From Malacoraja senta (Eukaryota): a stretch of 64,000 nt of DNA. The stretch covers positions 24,490,001 to 24,554,000 of the forward strand of contig CM075986.1 of NCBI GenBank assembly GCA_038087875.1, in the 5' to 3' direction. The notes under the pieces are model-generated. The model was not told the DNA's origin. It was given only the letters and a program-made list of their open reading frames with translations, and did not search any database. Below are positions 1-13,009 of the stretch, piece by piece. Positions within the stretch are counted from its first letter, which is position 1. Every line of letters begins with the position of its first letter. The translations under genes were made by a program, and so were the position numbers.

Positions 1-674
1 AATGGTCATTCACCCGAGATAAAGAATGCAAATTTCAATCTCATAACATACACTGTTTGATAAGTGTATTCAAGTTGTTTCAGGAGGGTGTGAACCTGGA
101 ATCTCCTTAGACATAAAAGTATTATCCCTGAGTAAATCTGACATGACTTACTAGTAGCAATCAGCATTAAATTAACAGTCTCACTTGTAAAGGTCCCAGT
201 AATCATTAGCGTGACAAATATAAATGCCAGCCTTGTACAGAAGAGGGAAGCTCTCCTAAGATTAGGATTAAGATGGATTGCTTGGGGCAATGTAGCAGAC
301 ATTTCATTTCAGTAAAGCCATTTTGTTCCTGACCTTGAAACATAGTATTTTGAAAACCAAAAAATGAAAACATTCACATTATCGGCATTAAGAATTCTAT
401 TTTTAAAAGACAAAATCCAACAAACAAATTGTACTGTTAAAATTAATTATTAGTTTTTTTTTTAGAAACATGGGTAGCCTTTGGATCCTACATTATATTT
501 CATGGGCAAGCCCATGAATTTTATTTATTAATCATCTTCTGGCAGCTTGTAGTACTTTAGTCACTTTGGTCCAAAAGAGGAGGTTGCTCAAAAGGATCTT
601 CGTGATCACTGATGCTGACAGAGAGTAATCTGGAAAACTGTGAGTATCTAATAATGTTTAGGGATAGGACAGAG

Positions 675-981
675 GGCAGCACAGTAATGCTGCGGTAGAG
701 TTGTGGCCTTACAGCGCCTGCAGCGCCAGCGACCCGGGTTCGATCCCGACTTCAGGTGCTTTCTGTACGAAGTTTGTACGTTCTCCCCGTGAACTGCATG
801 GGTTCTCTCCGAGATCTTCGGTTTCCTCCAACATTCTAAAGACATACAGGTTTGTAGGTTAATTGGCTTGGTGTAAGTGTAAAATTGTCCCTAATATGTG
901 TAGGATGAGCGGGGATCGCTGGTCAGTGCACTCGGTTGGCCGAAAGGCCTGTTTCTGCGCTGTATCTCTAATCTAAACTAA
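675..981 (+). mobile_element. tRNA-derived V-SINE (HE1-like), full length
   Basis: tRNA-like head (GGCAGCACAG..GGTAGAG..GGTTCGATCCC), V-domain (GTTTGTACGTTCTCCCCGTG..GGTTTCCTCC), CR1-like tail GGCCTGTTTCTGCGCTGTATCTCT with CTAAA-type end; many similar copies in the window. Confidence 0.85.
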
Positions 982-1394
982 GGTTTAAAGACTCTTCAGT
1001 AGTAAATCATAAAATCAGCATACTTATTTGAATATAATGTATATTTAGCTATGCATTAAATTCAATAACATCTTTAAAGTAACTATCAGGCCACATCTGA
1101 CCACAGTATGAATTGAGCTATTTAAGACCTATAAAGATTTCTCCACAGCTGTTAACATTTTTCTTCCCATAACTAACCACCAACTGTGACTTTGTCATAT
1201 TTTAAAATGAAGTGCGAAAAAAGTGAAGAGCTTGTATTAACCATTAATGTGTGACTTCAAAGCTTGAAAGTCAATTAGTTTGATGAACTTCTGTGGGTAC
1301 CTTTTCAAGGTGTTTCTGGAAACTGGTTATTAAGTTAAGGAAGTTGAGTCAATCGTGCTGGCTTTCATTAAAGGAAAACATTGAGTCAGAAGTG

Positions 1395-1602
1395 TAGAAA
1401 CAGACCCTTCAGCCCACTGCAACTGCACTATCACACACCCATTTCCTTTCATCCCATTCTATTCTCTTCACATTCTCATCAGCGCTCGTCAGATTCTACA
1501 ACTCGCCTGCATATCAGGGGCAAGTTACAGTGACTAATTTGTATACCAACTCAAAGATCTTTGAGATGTGGGAGAAAACTGGAGCACTCAGGGCAAACCC
1601 AC
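1395..1602 (-). mobile_element. Degenerate V-SINE 3' half
   Basis: Reverse complement of the SINE tail (ACAGACCCTTCAGCCCACT) and V-domain (GTGGGAGAAAACTGGAGCACTC..AAACCCAC). Confidence 0.6.
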
Positions 1603-1774
1603 ATGAAAAGCCTTACAGTGAGTAATCTGCACCATGCAAACCTAAACAAAGAAAATTCTGTCTTTGTTCACTGCTTTTACAGCTCTCGAGCTGCTTTCAA
1701 TGGCTTTTCTAGTGCTGTAATGTACACCATCTCAAAGATGTTCCAAACCAACTCACAAAAGCTTGACCAACAGC

Positions 1775-2350
1775 TGCCAAACCAATGCCTTCTATCTCCC
1801 AGAAAGACAACACACATGGGAACAACATTATCTGGAAATATGCCTCCTAGTCACATATCCTGACCTGGACCTGATATCGCTATCCTTTCTTTGTAGCCGA
1901 TCCTAAATCCTGGAACCCTCTACTTCACAGTGCTAAAGAACTTTCCCCACAAGGATTGCAAAAGTTCAAGCAGTTTCAAGGATTGCATTAGTTCAAGCAG
2001 TTCGAGGGTGGCACAGTGGCAGTGACCCAGGTGGAATCCTCACCTCAGGTGCTGCATGTGTAGAGTTTGCACGTTCTCCCTGTGACCACGTGCGTTTCCT
2101 CCGGGTGCTCCGGTTTCCTTCCACATCCCAATGATGTGCATGTTTATAGGTTAGTTGTCCACTGTAATATTGCCTCTAGTGTGTAGGGAGCAGATGAGAA
2201 AGTGGGATAACATAGAACTGGTGTGAGCAGGTGATCGATAGTTGGGGTGGTCTCGGTGGGCTGATATGCCTGTTTCCATGCTGTTTATTTCAATCAATCA
2301 GTCATCTCACCACTATCTTATCCAGAACAATAAAGTAGGGACATTAACTA
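1775..2350 (+). mobile_element. Old CR1-like LINE 3' end interrupted by a V-SINE (about 2006-2300)
   Basis: CATGGGAACAAC..CCTGACCTGGA..AAATCCTGGAAC..GGATTGCA..CTCACCACTATCTT resembles copies at 9515-9735 and 49440-49680; SINE head and V-domain start at 2006. Confidence 0.65.
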
Positions 2351-2439
2351 TTGGACTTTCCCTTGTCTCATAAGTTTTAAAAAAGTGATACAACCTGTGT
2401 AAAGTCATAGAAATCTTCATTGAATCATCACAGTGATCC

Positions 2440-2576
2440 TGTGTAGGAAGGAACTGCAGATGCTGGTTTCCACCAAAGGCAGTCAGTCACAAAATGTTGG
2501 AGTAACTCATAGGGACAGGCAGCATCTCTGGATGGAAGGAATGGGTGACGTTTCGGGTCGAGACCCTTCTTCAGAC
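2440..2576 (-). mobile_element. Penelope-derived 3' fragment with intact minimal hammerhead core
   Basis: Minus strand reads GTCTGAAGAAGGGTCTCGACCCGAAACGTCACCC...CCAGCATCTGCAGTTCCTTCCTACAC; same terminus as the Penelope at 28085-29150. Confidence 0.8.
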
Positions 2577-2937
2577 GGGTCCATCAGGAACCGTGCAAGG
2601 ATCTACCTGGTGTGGCTGCTCAACTTAGTTTGTTGGGTCAGGATTTTCATAATGATGTGATGTGGGAGTTACTGGCACACCAGAATTTATCACTGTTCCC
2701 TAATTGTCCCTTCAGGCAGCAGTAACAAAAAAAAAGAGCAGATTGTGAAGTTCAAATGGTAGTAACACTGTCAGCACTTTTTGTCAATGCACTGTGAAAA
2801 TGACAGCAACTTTGGGAATTCTGTGTGTGAGTTATATTTATGCATAAACCTAAAAGTTGTTATCTTTGATTCATCACTAGTCCGTAGACTGCAATGTTTT
2901 GTAGACCTCTCCAGCACCAGCAAGTGAAGCCAGTGAA

Positions 2938-3277
2938 ATGGCACAGTGGCTCAGCTTGTAGAGTTGCTGTCTCACAGTGCCAGAGACCCAGCTTCAATCC
3001 TGTCCTCGGGTGCTCTTTGTCTGGACTTTGCATGTTCTCTCTGTGACCCTATGGGTACTCCAGTTTCCCAAAGACATCCAAGTCTCCCCTTATGTGTAGG
3101 TGAGTGGTAGATTCTGAGGGGGGGGGAGGGAATTGATGACATATGGAGAGAATAAAGTTGGGTTAGAGTTGGATTAAAGTTGGATTAGTATAGGGTTAGA
3201 GTAAATGCGTGGTTGCTGGTCAGTGTGGACTCAGTGGGCCAAAGGAACCTGTTTCCAACTATATCTCTTTAACTCTA
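2938..3277 (+). mobile_element. V-SINE (HE1-like), diverged
   Basis: GGCACAGTGGCTCAGCTTGTAGAG head, TTTGCATGTTCTC V-domain, GGGCCAAAGGAACCTGTTTCC tail. Confidence 0.75.
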
Positions 3278-3884
3278 ACTGCAGGTTTTCACAATCTATT
3301 CACATTGTAAAATACATGAAAGTTTTCCATTCTGTGACATGAGTACTATGTTAACCATGACTTCTCGCAGAAACCAGCATGTAACGTACAAATGGCCAAG
3401 GTGATTTTGAAATATGCCCCTGGACTCTTTCCCTCTCCATTCAATCCAATCACCAGAAAACAGAAAACTAGAACTCAGTGCTTGCAGCAAAAATCTGCAG
3501 ATGCTTGAAACAAAAGCAGACAATTCTGGAAACATTCAGCAGGTCAATTAGTATCAGCACGTCTCCCCGCTGATACTGCCTGACCAGTTGAGTGCCTCCA
3601 GTTTTTTCTGTTTACTAACTCAGCTCCTGATTCCAATGAATTGCCTGTTTGGCTGCCTTCTCTACAATTATGAGCTTGGCAAACCGTATCAATCTCAAAT
3701 GATCAAAGCTATTAGATTTAATTTCACCTCAGTTTAATATACTTAGTTAACACATTTTCTTTGCTGCATATCACAATCGAGAAGCTTTACGTGATGCCAG
3801 GACTTGGTAGTCAAATGGTCTCCGATAGATTCAGTCCAATGATGTTGGCCCAGTCAGGTTTAGGGTTTTGGATGTGGGGCCAAA

Positions 3885-4000
3885 GGTTACGGGGATGGCA
3901 GGAGAATGGGGTTGAGAGGGTAAAATAGATCAGTCATGATTGAATGGCGGAGCAGACTCGATGGGTCAAAAGGCCTAATTTCGCTCCTATGTCTTATGGA
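3885..4000 (+). mobile_element. CR1 LINE 3' tail fragment
   Basis: GGCAGGAGAATGGGGTTGAGAGGG..GAATGGCGGAGCAGACTCGATGGGTCAAAAGGCCTAATT matches the tail at 12160-12297 and resembles the end of 17018-17512. Confidence 0.75.
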
Positions 4001-7000
4001 TAGGTGATTGATGGAGCCAATTAAAATGGCAACCTCTGACCAGAAACTAGCCCAGGCAATTTTAACTGCTATACTTTTCACAGCAGTGAATTGAAAAATT
4101 AATGGAGCCAAAACTAATGAGGCCCTGAAGACCCTTTACTTTACTTTTTATAAGATGCTTTTGCACTTTTCATTCTCTTCTGTAAAAAACCCCCAGCAGA
4201 ATTTATAAAAAATCTTGGTGGTCCTTTGGATGTCTTCATTGGTTGAAGCATAATAATTTTCAGAAACAATGGAGTCAAACCTTTTTTCAAAGAGTAACAC
4301 CTCCACTAACTTCGTATTGCATCCCAAAAATCCTACTTCCTTCAAAAATCCAACAAACTGTCTTTTGAAACTCATATATAGGCTGCTTTAACACCTACTC
4401 TGTAGGTAATGTATTCCTGAACCATTAATCTCGGATTGAAAAATGACAGAATGTTCTTGTAATTCCACAAGATCATCAGACCTATGTCTGGCCTTTTTAT
4501 TATCTCACATGATTTGTGCTGAATCCATCACTGCATCTGTTCTTTACTAAAGTATTCCATGTTTTCTTTCCCTGGCAATATCATCAATCCATCAAAGTCC
4601 ATTCCAACGTTATCAACCTCTATGAGAAAGATCTTGATCATATCAGGCCTAAACACAAAACTGTAATCCTCCTCTTACTTCCAGTTTAATCTAAAGTTGC
4701 CCCCATGATTAGTCCTCTTCATACCATTTGCTATTAACCAAAATCTTCTTGATCCCCTTCCCTCCTTTACAAAAGATTAATAGCTGCACATTGTCCATAG
4801 AATTGATTTTTTGAATCGTAGAACAATGTAAGTCATTTTAGAATCAGAGACCGAAGATGAACTTTTTATCCTAAATTTATTTTGTTTTTCTCACAACTCG
4901 GATCACAGACACAGCAGATCATTCTCTTGGTACTTGCAGCGTGTGAATATGTTGAATGTCCCCCTTGATTCCATCGAGCTACAATTGGACAATATTCAAG
5001 GTGTTGACTGCTTAATGCACCGCTGTTTGATCTTTGCTTCCTCTGAGTTAAATTCCACTGTTTTGGCCATCCGCTTTCAAAATTCTTTCTCACGTATCAC
5101 TTGTTTTTGACGTTTCACCATACAAAGCAATTTAACGAATCAATTTTCTGAGATCTTCCCATAATCTTCGTGGTTCAATTAGATCAGGGGGGAACGGGAT
5201 TAGATTGAAAAACTGGGTCCAACATGTTGATCTATGATTTATGCTGCATTATCTGATTTTAAACAGAGTGGTGACAGATGCAGGGCCACCGGCTTAATTT
5301 ACCCCAATATAACAACATATATTTAATTAATCTGGGCAGAAGACTGGTGTTTATGGATAAGCCATTGATGTTTTCATACAGGAAAGTGGGACAACTTCCA
5401 GAAAATATTTAGCATCTTACTATTATTTTTTCTAAAATACATAGTTTTGCGGAACAAAATTTGAAAGATTTACTGAACCATCCATTATCTGCATGTCACT
5501 TGAATTATTTTGTACAGTAACACTTACTGGGTGTCACGTGTGGTCAGTTTGTTCAAGTAAAACCAGAAAACTACTGATGCCACACTACACATTTGAACTA
5601 ATGACACTGAATCTTGCAGACAATGCAGACAAAGAGTTTCATAATTGATTGACAAGGTTTGAATGGCCACCCTGCCCCATTCTCCACTTGTCCCTTTCTT
5701 CTCCAGGCAGCTGGAAGACAGTCTGTCTGTCTTCAAGGGTAGCTGCCCCTTGCCTCACTAATGCTGTCCCCATGACCCTGCCTGTGTAAAACTGTGGCCT
5801 GGTATCTTACAATAATGTATTTCTGTAATGTATTGTAATCTGAAATATCATTGCATTAAATCTGAGTAATTGCACATTAATAAAAATAGAAATAAAAATG
5901 ATTGTTTGCAAACAGAAAATAATTACAAGATGATGCTTTCTTATTCATATGCTGTCAAACTGATAAGCCATAACAACTATTGAGAGAAGCATTAGGCATG
6001 GTGCTGGATAGACAAAGGGACATCATGTAAAGAGAACATTCAATTAGTTATTATTTTGGGGTAAAGTAATGATTTTGGCATAATTGTATAGTGCACAGAC
6101 TAGAGATTGTTATAGTCAGTCTGGCTGCTTTATAGGTCAGCCACATGTTCTGTTAATCACCCAAACTGGTTTAAACTTGTTCTCTATCACAGTATCTTGG
6201 GTGGTGTGTGTATTTTGAAAAACACCAAAATAAAGAAATGCTGAGCATTGAAGAAACTACCGAGAGCTCTCTGGAAATGTTATTGCAGGGAGCACAGGAG
6301 GAGAGAAAACCTGGTTCCTGTAGAAATAAATGTATCTGCAGATACATGCGTTTTATTAATATTTCACATTTGATGAAGGCAAATGATAAATGAAAATGAA
6401 CATCAGAGTGATTGATATATGACAGATACCTATCAGGTCTTTTTCTTATTACTGTTTACAGGTCTTCCTTAATGTCACAAGGGTTTATTGATATAGGATT
6501 TTTCCCAAAACCCCATCTTGCCTTTCAATGGAACAATCTACTGTATACATAGAATCGGCTGCTTGCCTTATGGTTGTACGAAACATCAATGGATCGTTTA
6601 GATGTTCTCCAGTTTACCGACCCTCTGGTCATAAATGCTCATTGAGGTCACTTAGAACCTTTCTCCGTGTGAAACCTGAATTATTTAAATTACTGCATTC
6701 AACATTATTTTATTGGTTTAATTTCATGTTTCACATTCCTGGCAATTTGAGGAAAGTTATGCATAGTTATTTTGGTTCTTTGTTCTCCACGTTATAAGAC
6801 ACAAAAGACGTTAACAATACATGCCGTATATCTACTGCTTCCAGGTTGCCCAATCTGGTCAGATGTATCCCCAGAGCTTTTGCCACTTTTGACCTCTTAT
6901 GTTTAACATCCCTTCCAGTCAAAGAGCCTTTCCTTTACCCATCTCCAATATTATTATTGCAGCGCTTGCATTTCTTGCATTTGCACTTTATCTTTCTTCC

Positions 7001-7680
7001 AGTAATTTCAGATGATTCTGCTTTTCCCATTTAAATCTCCCACACCATTCTTTAGTAATTCACTAATCTCTTGAACATCTTTTTTTTACACTGCACATTT
7101 GTCATTTGATTCTCCATGCTTTGCCCTCCAACAGAGGTCTTCCCTGTATTCTCACACCTCCTCTTTCTCTCAATCTTAACATATGTGTTATCTCTATTTT
7201 TTGTACAGTTTGGATTAAGATTTATTGAACTGAAACATTAACTTGGCTCCTCACACCATAGAGGCCGAATGACCTGCTGAGAATTTCCAAACGTTTTATT
7301 CTAGTGTCATTATATATTATCAAATGTTGAAAGTAATTATAAAACAATTTCATGCCCGATAAATTTTTCTTCTGATTTTCTCATTGCAGTGACCAGGAGA
7401 ATTATTTCAATTCCCAGAAACTCAAGATTATCCTGTGGGAATAGTAATCTTAACATGTATTTGTAAAAGAAACAAAACTTTGAACAAATACAGATAGTTT
7501 ACAGCAAAATGTATTTCCTTTTAATATGCATTATATAAGATGACGTCAAGGCACTACATTTTAATGAGGTCTATCTGTTCCTTAATTATATCTGGATTAA
7601 AATAGGTGGGGAGGTTTAATTAATTTTCATGATTTGTGCAAGCAAACATTTCAAACTCTATAAATGAACATTGCGCTCCC

Positions 7681-7791
7681 TGGAAAACCCACGTTGTAAC
7701 GGAGACAGCGTTCAAGTCCGTAGTCAGGTTCGAACCCGAGTCTCTGACACTGTAAGGCAGCAACTCTACTGCTGTGCCACTGTGCTGCCCC
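7681..7791 (-). mobile_element. V-SINE 5' (tRNA-like) part
   Basis: Reverse complement of the SINE head: GGGCAGCACAGTGGCACAGCAGTAGAGTTGCTGCCTTACAG..GGTTCGAACC. Confidence 0.7.
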
Positions 7792-8242
7792 AAGTTTCAT
7801 TCTATCATTTCTAACATTTAACCATTTAGGCCATAGTAACTTTGCATGGCACCCACAGGGTCACTCTCCCCTAACAAACCCTGGTCCTTCACCCTCCCTT
7901 TAATCAGCTCCCCCAAGGAATATCGTTGGTTCTAGCCAGCACTAAACTCTCTGAACCTCCAAAGCCCCAAACTCCCCAACAAATCCAAACTCTCTAATTT
8001 CCCAATCTCCAACTATGCTTAGGGCCAAGCCATCAGATCTCTTCATGTTCCTAAAGAGGCCTCAATCGCTACCTGTCCTCCCATCCCCCAATAACCAGGA
8101 GCTGATCCAACACCAGCTAAAACCATTCCTTCCTAATCCCAGCCTCAGACATGCAAAGTAACAATTTACTTCAGGACTCTGAACTGACAGTCCTCTCTCA
8201 CCCACCAATGTTGAGCAATGGCTGAACAGTAACGTCAAGTAT

Positions 8243-8460
8243 ACACAAGGAACTGCGGGTGCTGGAATCTTGAACAAATCACAAAGTGCTGGAACAACCC
8301 AGCAGGTCAGGAAGCATTTGCGGAGGGAATGAACAGACGACATTTTGGGTCAGGATTGTTCCTGAAGAAAGATCCCGACCTGAAATGTCGATTGTCCATT
8401 ACCCTCCATGGTTGCTGCCAGACCCGTTGAGTTTCCTCCAGCGCTTTATATTTTGCTCAG
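8243..8460. mobile_element. Penelope-derived fold-back fragment
   Basis: AAGGAACTGC..GCTGGA arm on the minus strand, then CTGAAGAAAGATCCCGACCTGAAATGTC and the complementary arm. Confidence 0.65.
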
Positions 8461-8935
8461 TAATGTCAAGGTCTTGGTACACCATCTCTGAGCTGTGCTT
8501 CTTTTAAACAAGATGTCAAGACTCCAGAATTACTCAGTCTAATCCTATAGCCAACAAGACTGAAGTTTTATAACTGTCCTCTTCAGACCATTATGTTCTT
8601 TGCAATTGTGACAATTCACCCATCACCACTGATCCCTCCAGACTGTGATCCCAATTCCCCACACTCCGAACTCCCAAATTCCGACCACTGCTGAACTATC
8701 CAATCCCTCGAACCTCTGAACTCTCTGACCCCCTTCAAATTTTCAAGTAAAGAGCTTTATCATTTATCATGTGTCTTTCTGACTGTCAGGGAGGGGTGTC
8801 ATATTTTCATCAGCTGCTGCCGTTTAATCTTGCATTCGCAGGCAGTATCTATACCAACAGGAAGTATAGCTGCCAGTGTGCATCATTTCTAAATGACAAG
8901 GCAAGAATAAAATGGAGCAAAACAGCAATGAATTG

Positions 8936-9230
8936 TAGAAAGACACAAAATGCCCTGCATACGCTCACCTATTACTGCCCATGCTCTGTCCTACTCCTCC
9001 TCTCTTCCAGTTTTTTTCCCTGCACTCCCGCCCCCCCCCCCCCCCCCTGGGGGGGGGGGGCGGGAGTGCAGGAAAGAAAACTGGAAGAGAGGAGGAGTAG
9101 GACAGTCTGGAGAAGGGTACGACCCAAAAGGTCAGCTATCCATGTTCTCCAGACATGCTGCCTGATCCGGCTAAGTTACTCCAGCAGTTTGTGTCTTTCT
9201 TTGGTATAAACCAGCATCTGCAGTTATTAC
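8936..9230 (+). mobile_element. Penelope 3' UTR fragment with internal palindrome, 8-bp TSD
   Basis: ATGAATTG at 8928-8935 and 9231-9238; degenerate hammerhead core from about 9107; shared CCAGCATCTGCAGTT terminus. Confidence 0.65.
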
Positions 9231-9514
9231 ATGAATTGCTGATGTTGCCATTAAGATAGTTGCATGTCACCGGATTCCCATAGTAACATTAGTGAATGCA
9301 GAAATCCCATGTGGGATGGTGGAATAGTTGTGGGGGAGGATGTGCTACTCGTTGCTCTGCTCTGCTGTTGGTCTTCTCGCACATTCCAGCGATCTAATAG
9401 ATTCTATCAATGAGCTCACATTGGCTAAGCATTCTGCAGTGGGCCAGCCACTGCCCCCAAATTGGCAGAAATGCAGGATAGTAGGACCTCTGATAGGACT
9501 TCCCATCCCATGGC

Positions 9515-9735
9515 ACCTGCCACCAGGAAGGGCAAGAGTTTCAGCAGCTTGGAAACAAAGTCACCTGCAGATTTCCATTCAAGTCGAACACCGTCATGAC
9601 TTGGAAATACATCATCCCTTCTTCGTAACTGGATCTAAATCTCAAAACTCCCTACCCTGTGGGTGTGTCGTCACCAGCAAGTCTGCAGCTATTAGAGAAG
9701 GTGGCTCACCATCACCTTCCCAGGGGAAATCAGGG
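9515..9735 (+). mobile_element. Old CR1-like LINE 3' end
   Basis: CACCTGCAG..TGACTTGGAAATA..CTCACCATCACCTT motif shared with 1775-2350 and 49440-49680. Confidence 0.6.
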
Positions 9736-9741
9736 AAAACA

Positions 9742-10033
9742 GAACATAGAACAGTACAGCACAGGAACAAGCCCTTCAGCCCACATTGCCTGTGCCTAAC
9801 ACAATGCCAAGATAAACTGAGAAGGGTTTCGACCCAAAACGTCGCCTATTTCCTTCGCTCCATAGATGCTGCTGCGCCCGCTGAGTTTCTCCAGCATTTT
9901 TGTGTACCTGCCAAGATAAACTAATCTTCTCTGCCTGCACATGATCCATATCCCTCCACACCAGCATATCCATGTGCCCATCTAAAAGCCTTTTAAAAAC
10001 CACTATTGTATCTGTCTCCACCACCAGCCTTGC
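9742..10033 (-). mobile_element. CR1 3' tail carrying a nested 90-bp hammerhead-type Penelope fragment (9819-9908)
   Basis: CR1 tail similar to 13010-13275; exact 14-bp TSD TGCCAAGATAAACT at 9805-9818 and 9909-9922. Confidence 0.8.
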
Positions 10034-10164
10034 NNNNNNNNNNNNNNNNNNNNNNNNNNNNNNNNNNNNNNNNNNNNNNNNNNNNNNNNNNNNNNNNNNN
10101 NNNNNNNNNNNNNNNNNNNNNNNNNNNNNNNNNNNNNNNNNNNNNNNNNNNNNNNNNNNNNNNN
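10034..10164. other. Assembly gap (131 N)
   Basis: Run of N. Confidence 1.
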
Positions 10165-10220
10165 TTTACCATTCCAAACACTGTTCCTTCATCTCCTCGA
10201 GGAAACCAGGATGGTGCTAC

Positions 10221-10400
10221 ACCATATAACCATATAACCATTACAGCACGGAAACAGGCCATCTCGGCCCTTCAAGTCCATGCCGAACATTAAAAAACAT
10301 ATATATATATACTTCCCCCTAGTCCCATCTACCTGCACTCAGACCATAACCCTCCATTCCTTTCCCGTCCATATACCCATCCAATCTATTTTTAAAGGAT
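10221..10400 (-). mobile_element. CR1 3' tail of a second subfamily with (ATATGGTT)n end
   Basis: CCATATAACCATATAACC microsatellite tail next to CAGCACGGAAACAGGCCATCTCGGCCC. Confidence 0.65.
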
Positions 10401-11181
10401 AAACCTCTGACCATCCTGGCTGAAATTCTTATCCTTTGGTTTCAAATGGATTCTGGTTTTAATAATGTTTTGTAATTTCCTGCAAAGTTAAAAGAAAAAT
10501 ATTCTCTCCCTAATTTGAATCTTATAATTTAGTGTGGGAACTTAGTACTAAAAATCCTGTGATTACAGGAGATAAAAAGCTGTCTTTGGTGTATTAGTCA
10601 AAACAAACCAGCACAATCTTGTTCCATCATGAAGCCATCCTTTTTATTTAATTATGAAGATAGCCTTTTGCCGCATATTTCAGTTCCCTCACCCTCCCCA
10701 TGTAATATGATGTGTCAAGGAGACACAGGAACATTTTCATCCGTTGCATCCTTCAAAGGCTGCACTCACGCCATCTGATAGATAGAATGAGTCCCATTCA
10801 ATCCCTCAGAAAGAAAGCAGACATAACTTGCATTAACGCTTGGGAAATTGTTACAGTTTCTGTCCATTCAGTTCATACTGGAACTTCACGTGAACCCATG
10901 GTAACTCAATGTACTCTCCTACTCTGAAGACGGGTTCCGACCCGAACAGTCATCAGTCCATTCTCTTCACAGATCCCGCCTGACCAGCTGAGTTCCTCTG
11001 GCACGTTGTGTAATGTTTTTCTGCTAATCGTCTTTGTTTGAAACAAGCGGAACTATCTCTTCTGGCATAACAGCTGTTGAAGTATTTTACCCCTGAGTCG
11101 AGATAAGGTCTTAGTTTAATGTCTCGCTGAAATATCAGCCTACAATGGACTTAGATTCAATGTGCATATCACTGAAGTAGG

Positions 11182-11363
11182 AATGAAGGAATTGCAGATG
11201 CTGGTTTAAACCAAAAATAGACACAAAATGCTGGAGTAACTCAGTGGGACAGGCAGCATCTCTGGAGAGAAGGAATGGGAATGGGTCTTGACCCGAAATG
11301 CCACCAATTCCTTCTCTCCAGAGATGCTGCCTGTCCTGCCGAGTTACTCCAGCATGTTGTGTC
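11182..11363. mobile_element. Penelope-derived fold-back element, 15-bp TSD
   Basis: TATCACTGA(A/T)GTAGG at 11167-11181 and 11364-11378; arms ACACAAAATGCTGGAGTAACTC / GAGTTACTCCAGCATGTTGTGT. Confidence 0.8.
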
Positions 11364-12429
11364 TATCACTGATGTAGGTAATGCCCAGTACTATGAATTT
11401 GAAAAAAATCAAACCTACCTATTTAAAATAAGTGACAAATATTTTAAAATAATTTTAATTCTAGTGAGACTTGGCCTCTGGTAATAAACTTGGTCATGGA
11501 TTTTGCCCACCAATTTTAGACTTTTACTATATTAATGAGCAAAATCTTTCATCCAGAGATATAGTGGTTTCATATAACTATGTACCATTATAGAACCATG
11601 TACCATTTTTCATAAATTACCCTTTGGAGAACAATAATAAATAGTGAAGTCTGATATAAGGTTCTAAAGTTACTTAAGACTTTTCCAAGAAGAAAAAAAG
11701 AAGGCATTTGTATAATATGGCATGTACTACAAAGCCTTTTAAAACCACAACATTTATTTCACAAAATCAACAGAAGATAATGGGCTGCCAACAAAGTGGT
11801 CACTGTGAGCTTAGAGAAGTAAACCCAGCAACAAGCTGAAACAGAACAACTTGAGGAGCAACATTTATAACATATCAGCTGCAGAACAGCTGCAATCAGA
11901 CAATGTATAAATGGGGAACTCATTTTGTAAGATGTGGAAAATAACCAGCCAAAGATAACCAGGCAGAAAAGGCATCATAGTATTACTAAAACATATGGGG
12001 AGATATTGAGGACGCCGGGTTGATAGCAACAGCATTACCAAGCTCTCTTTAATATACTGGCAAGCTGTTTTATTAAATATATAAATCCTCGTTCTGATTA
12101 AGACACCAGGATCTTGTAAGGTCTGAAAGACTCTTTCAAAAACAATTATACAGCTGTATTGGGTTAGGGGAGAAGGCAGGAGAATGGGGTTGAGAGGGAA
12201 AGATGATCGAATGGCGGATGGAATGACGGAATGAATGGCGGAGTAAACGATGGGCCGAATGGTCTAATTCTGCACCTATATCTTGTGAACTTATGAATAC
12301 CAGTAATAATGTATAACACTAAGAATTAGAAAAATTAACTAACTATTTGAAAAAGTGAGAAAAAAATCTCCATAAATTGGGAAATGATGAAGGGAAAACC
12401 AGGTTAAAAAATGTAATTTTCCTGGAGGA

Positions 12430-12856
12430 CTGGCACAATGGTGCAATTGTTTCCTCACAACTCCGGCCCGGATTCAATCCTGACTCTGTTTCTGTCTGGT
12501 TGAGTTTGCATAGTCCAAATGTGACTGTATGTGTTCCCTCTGGCTTCCTTTTACATCCCAAATATGTGTGGCTGGATTGATTAATTGACCACTGTAAATT
12601 GTACCTAATGTATGAGTGAGTGGTCTGAAGAAGAGTCTCAACTCGAAACGTCACCCATTCCTTTCTCTCCAGAGATGCTGCCTGTCCCGCTGAGTTACTC
12701 CAGCATTTTTTGTATATCTTCGGTTTAAACCAGCATCTGCTGTTCCTTCCTACAACAGTGAATGGTGGAGTCTGGGGGAGCTGCTGAGAAGTGGGAAGAA
12801 TAATCTAGGATTAGCGTAAATAGGTACTTGATGGTCAGTGGGCTGACGGGCCTTGT
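12430..12856 (+). mobile_element. Diverged V-SINE with nested hammerhead-bearing Penelope fragment (12625-12756)
   Basis: SINE head and V-domain at 12430-12610; insert starts at CTGAAGA (12625) and is flanked by AGTGAGTGGT / AGTGAATGGT. Confidence 0.75.
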
Positions 12857-13009
12857 TCTATTACTTACATGACATAATAAGACCGCTTGTGTAAAATGAG
12901 CTCAGTTTCTATTGTGGGTGAGAAGTGATTGGAGAAATTTAAATGAAGAAACATGATATTAAGTGCTGAGAGCAATAGGAATCGGCATCTGGTACAAATA
13001 CATACAAGG

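Noticed and set aside
675-760. tRNA-like sequence with A and B boxes (also at 16608, 18850 and elsewhere)
   Set aside because: These are SINE heads followed by a V-domain and LINE tail, not complete tRNA cloverleafs
5528-5612. Minus-strand exon-like block ending CCA|gtaagt
   Set aside because: Weak acceptor and no homology; could not be tied to the putative divergent transcript
9328-9924. 198-aa ORF
   Set aside because: Runs through CR1 and Penelope fragments; chance open frame
9972-10293. ORFs spanning the N run
   Set aside because: Artefacts of the assembly gap
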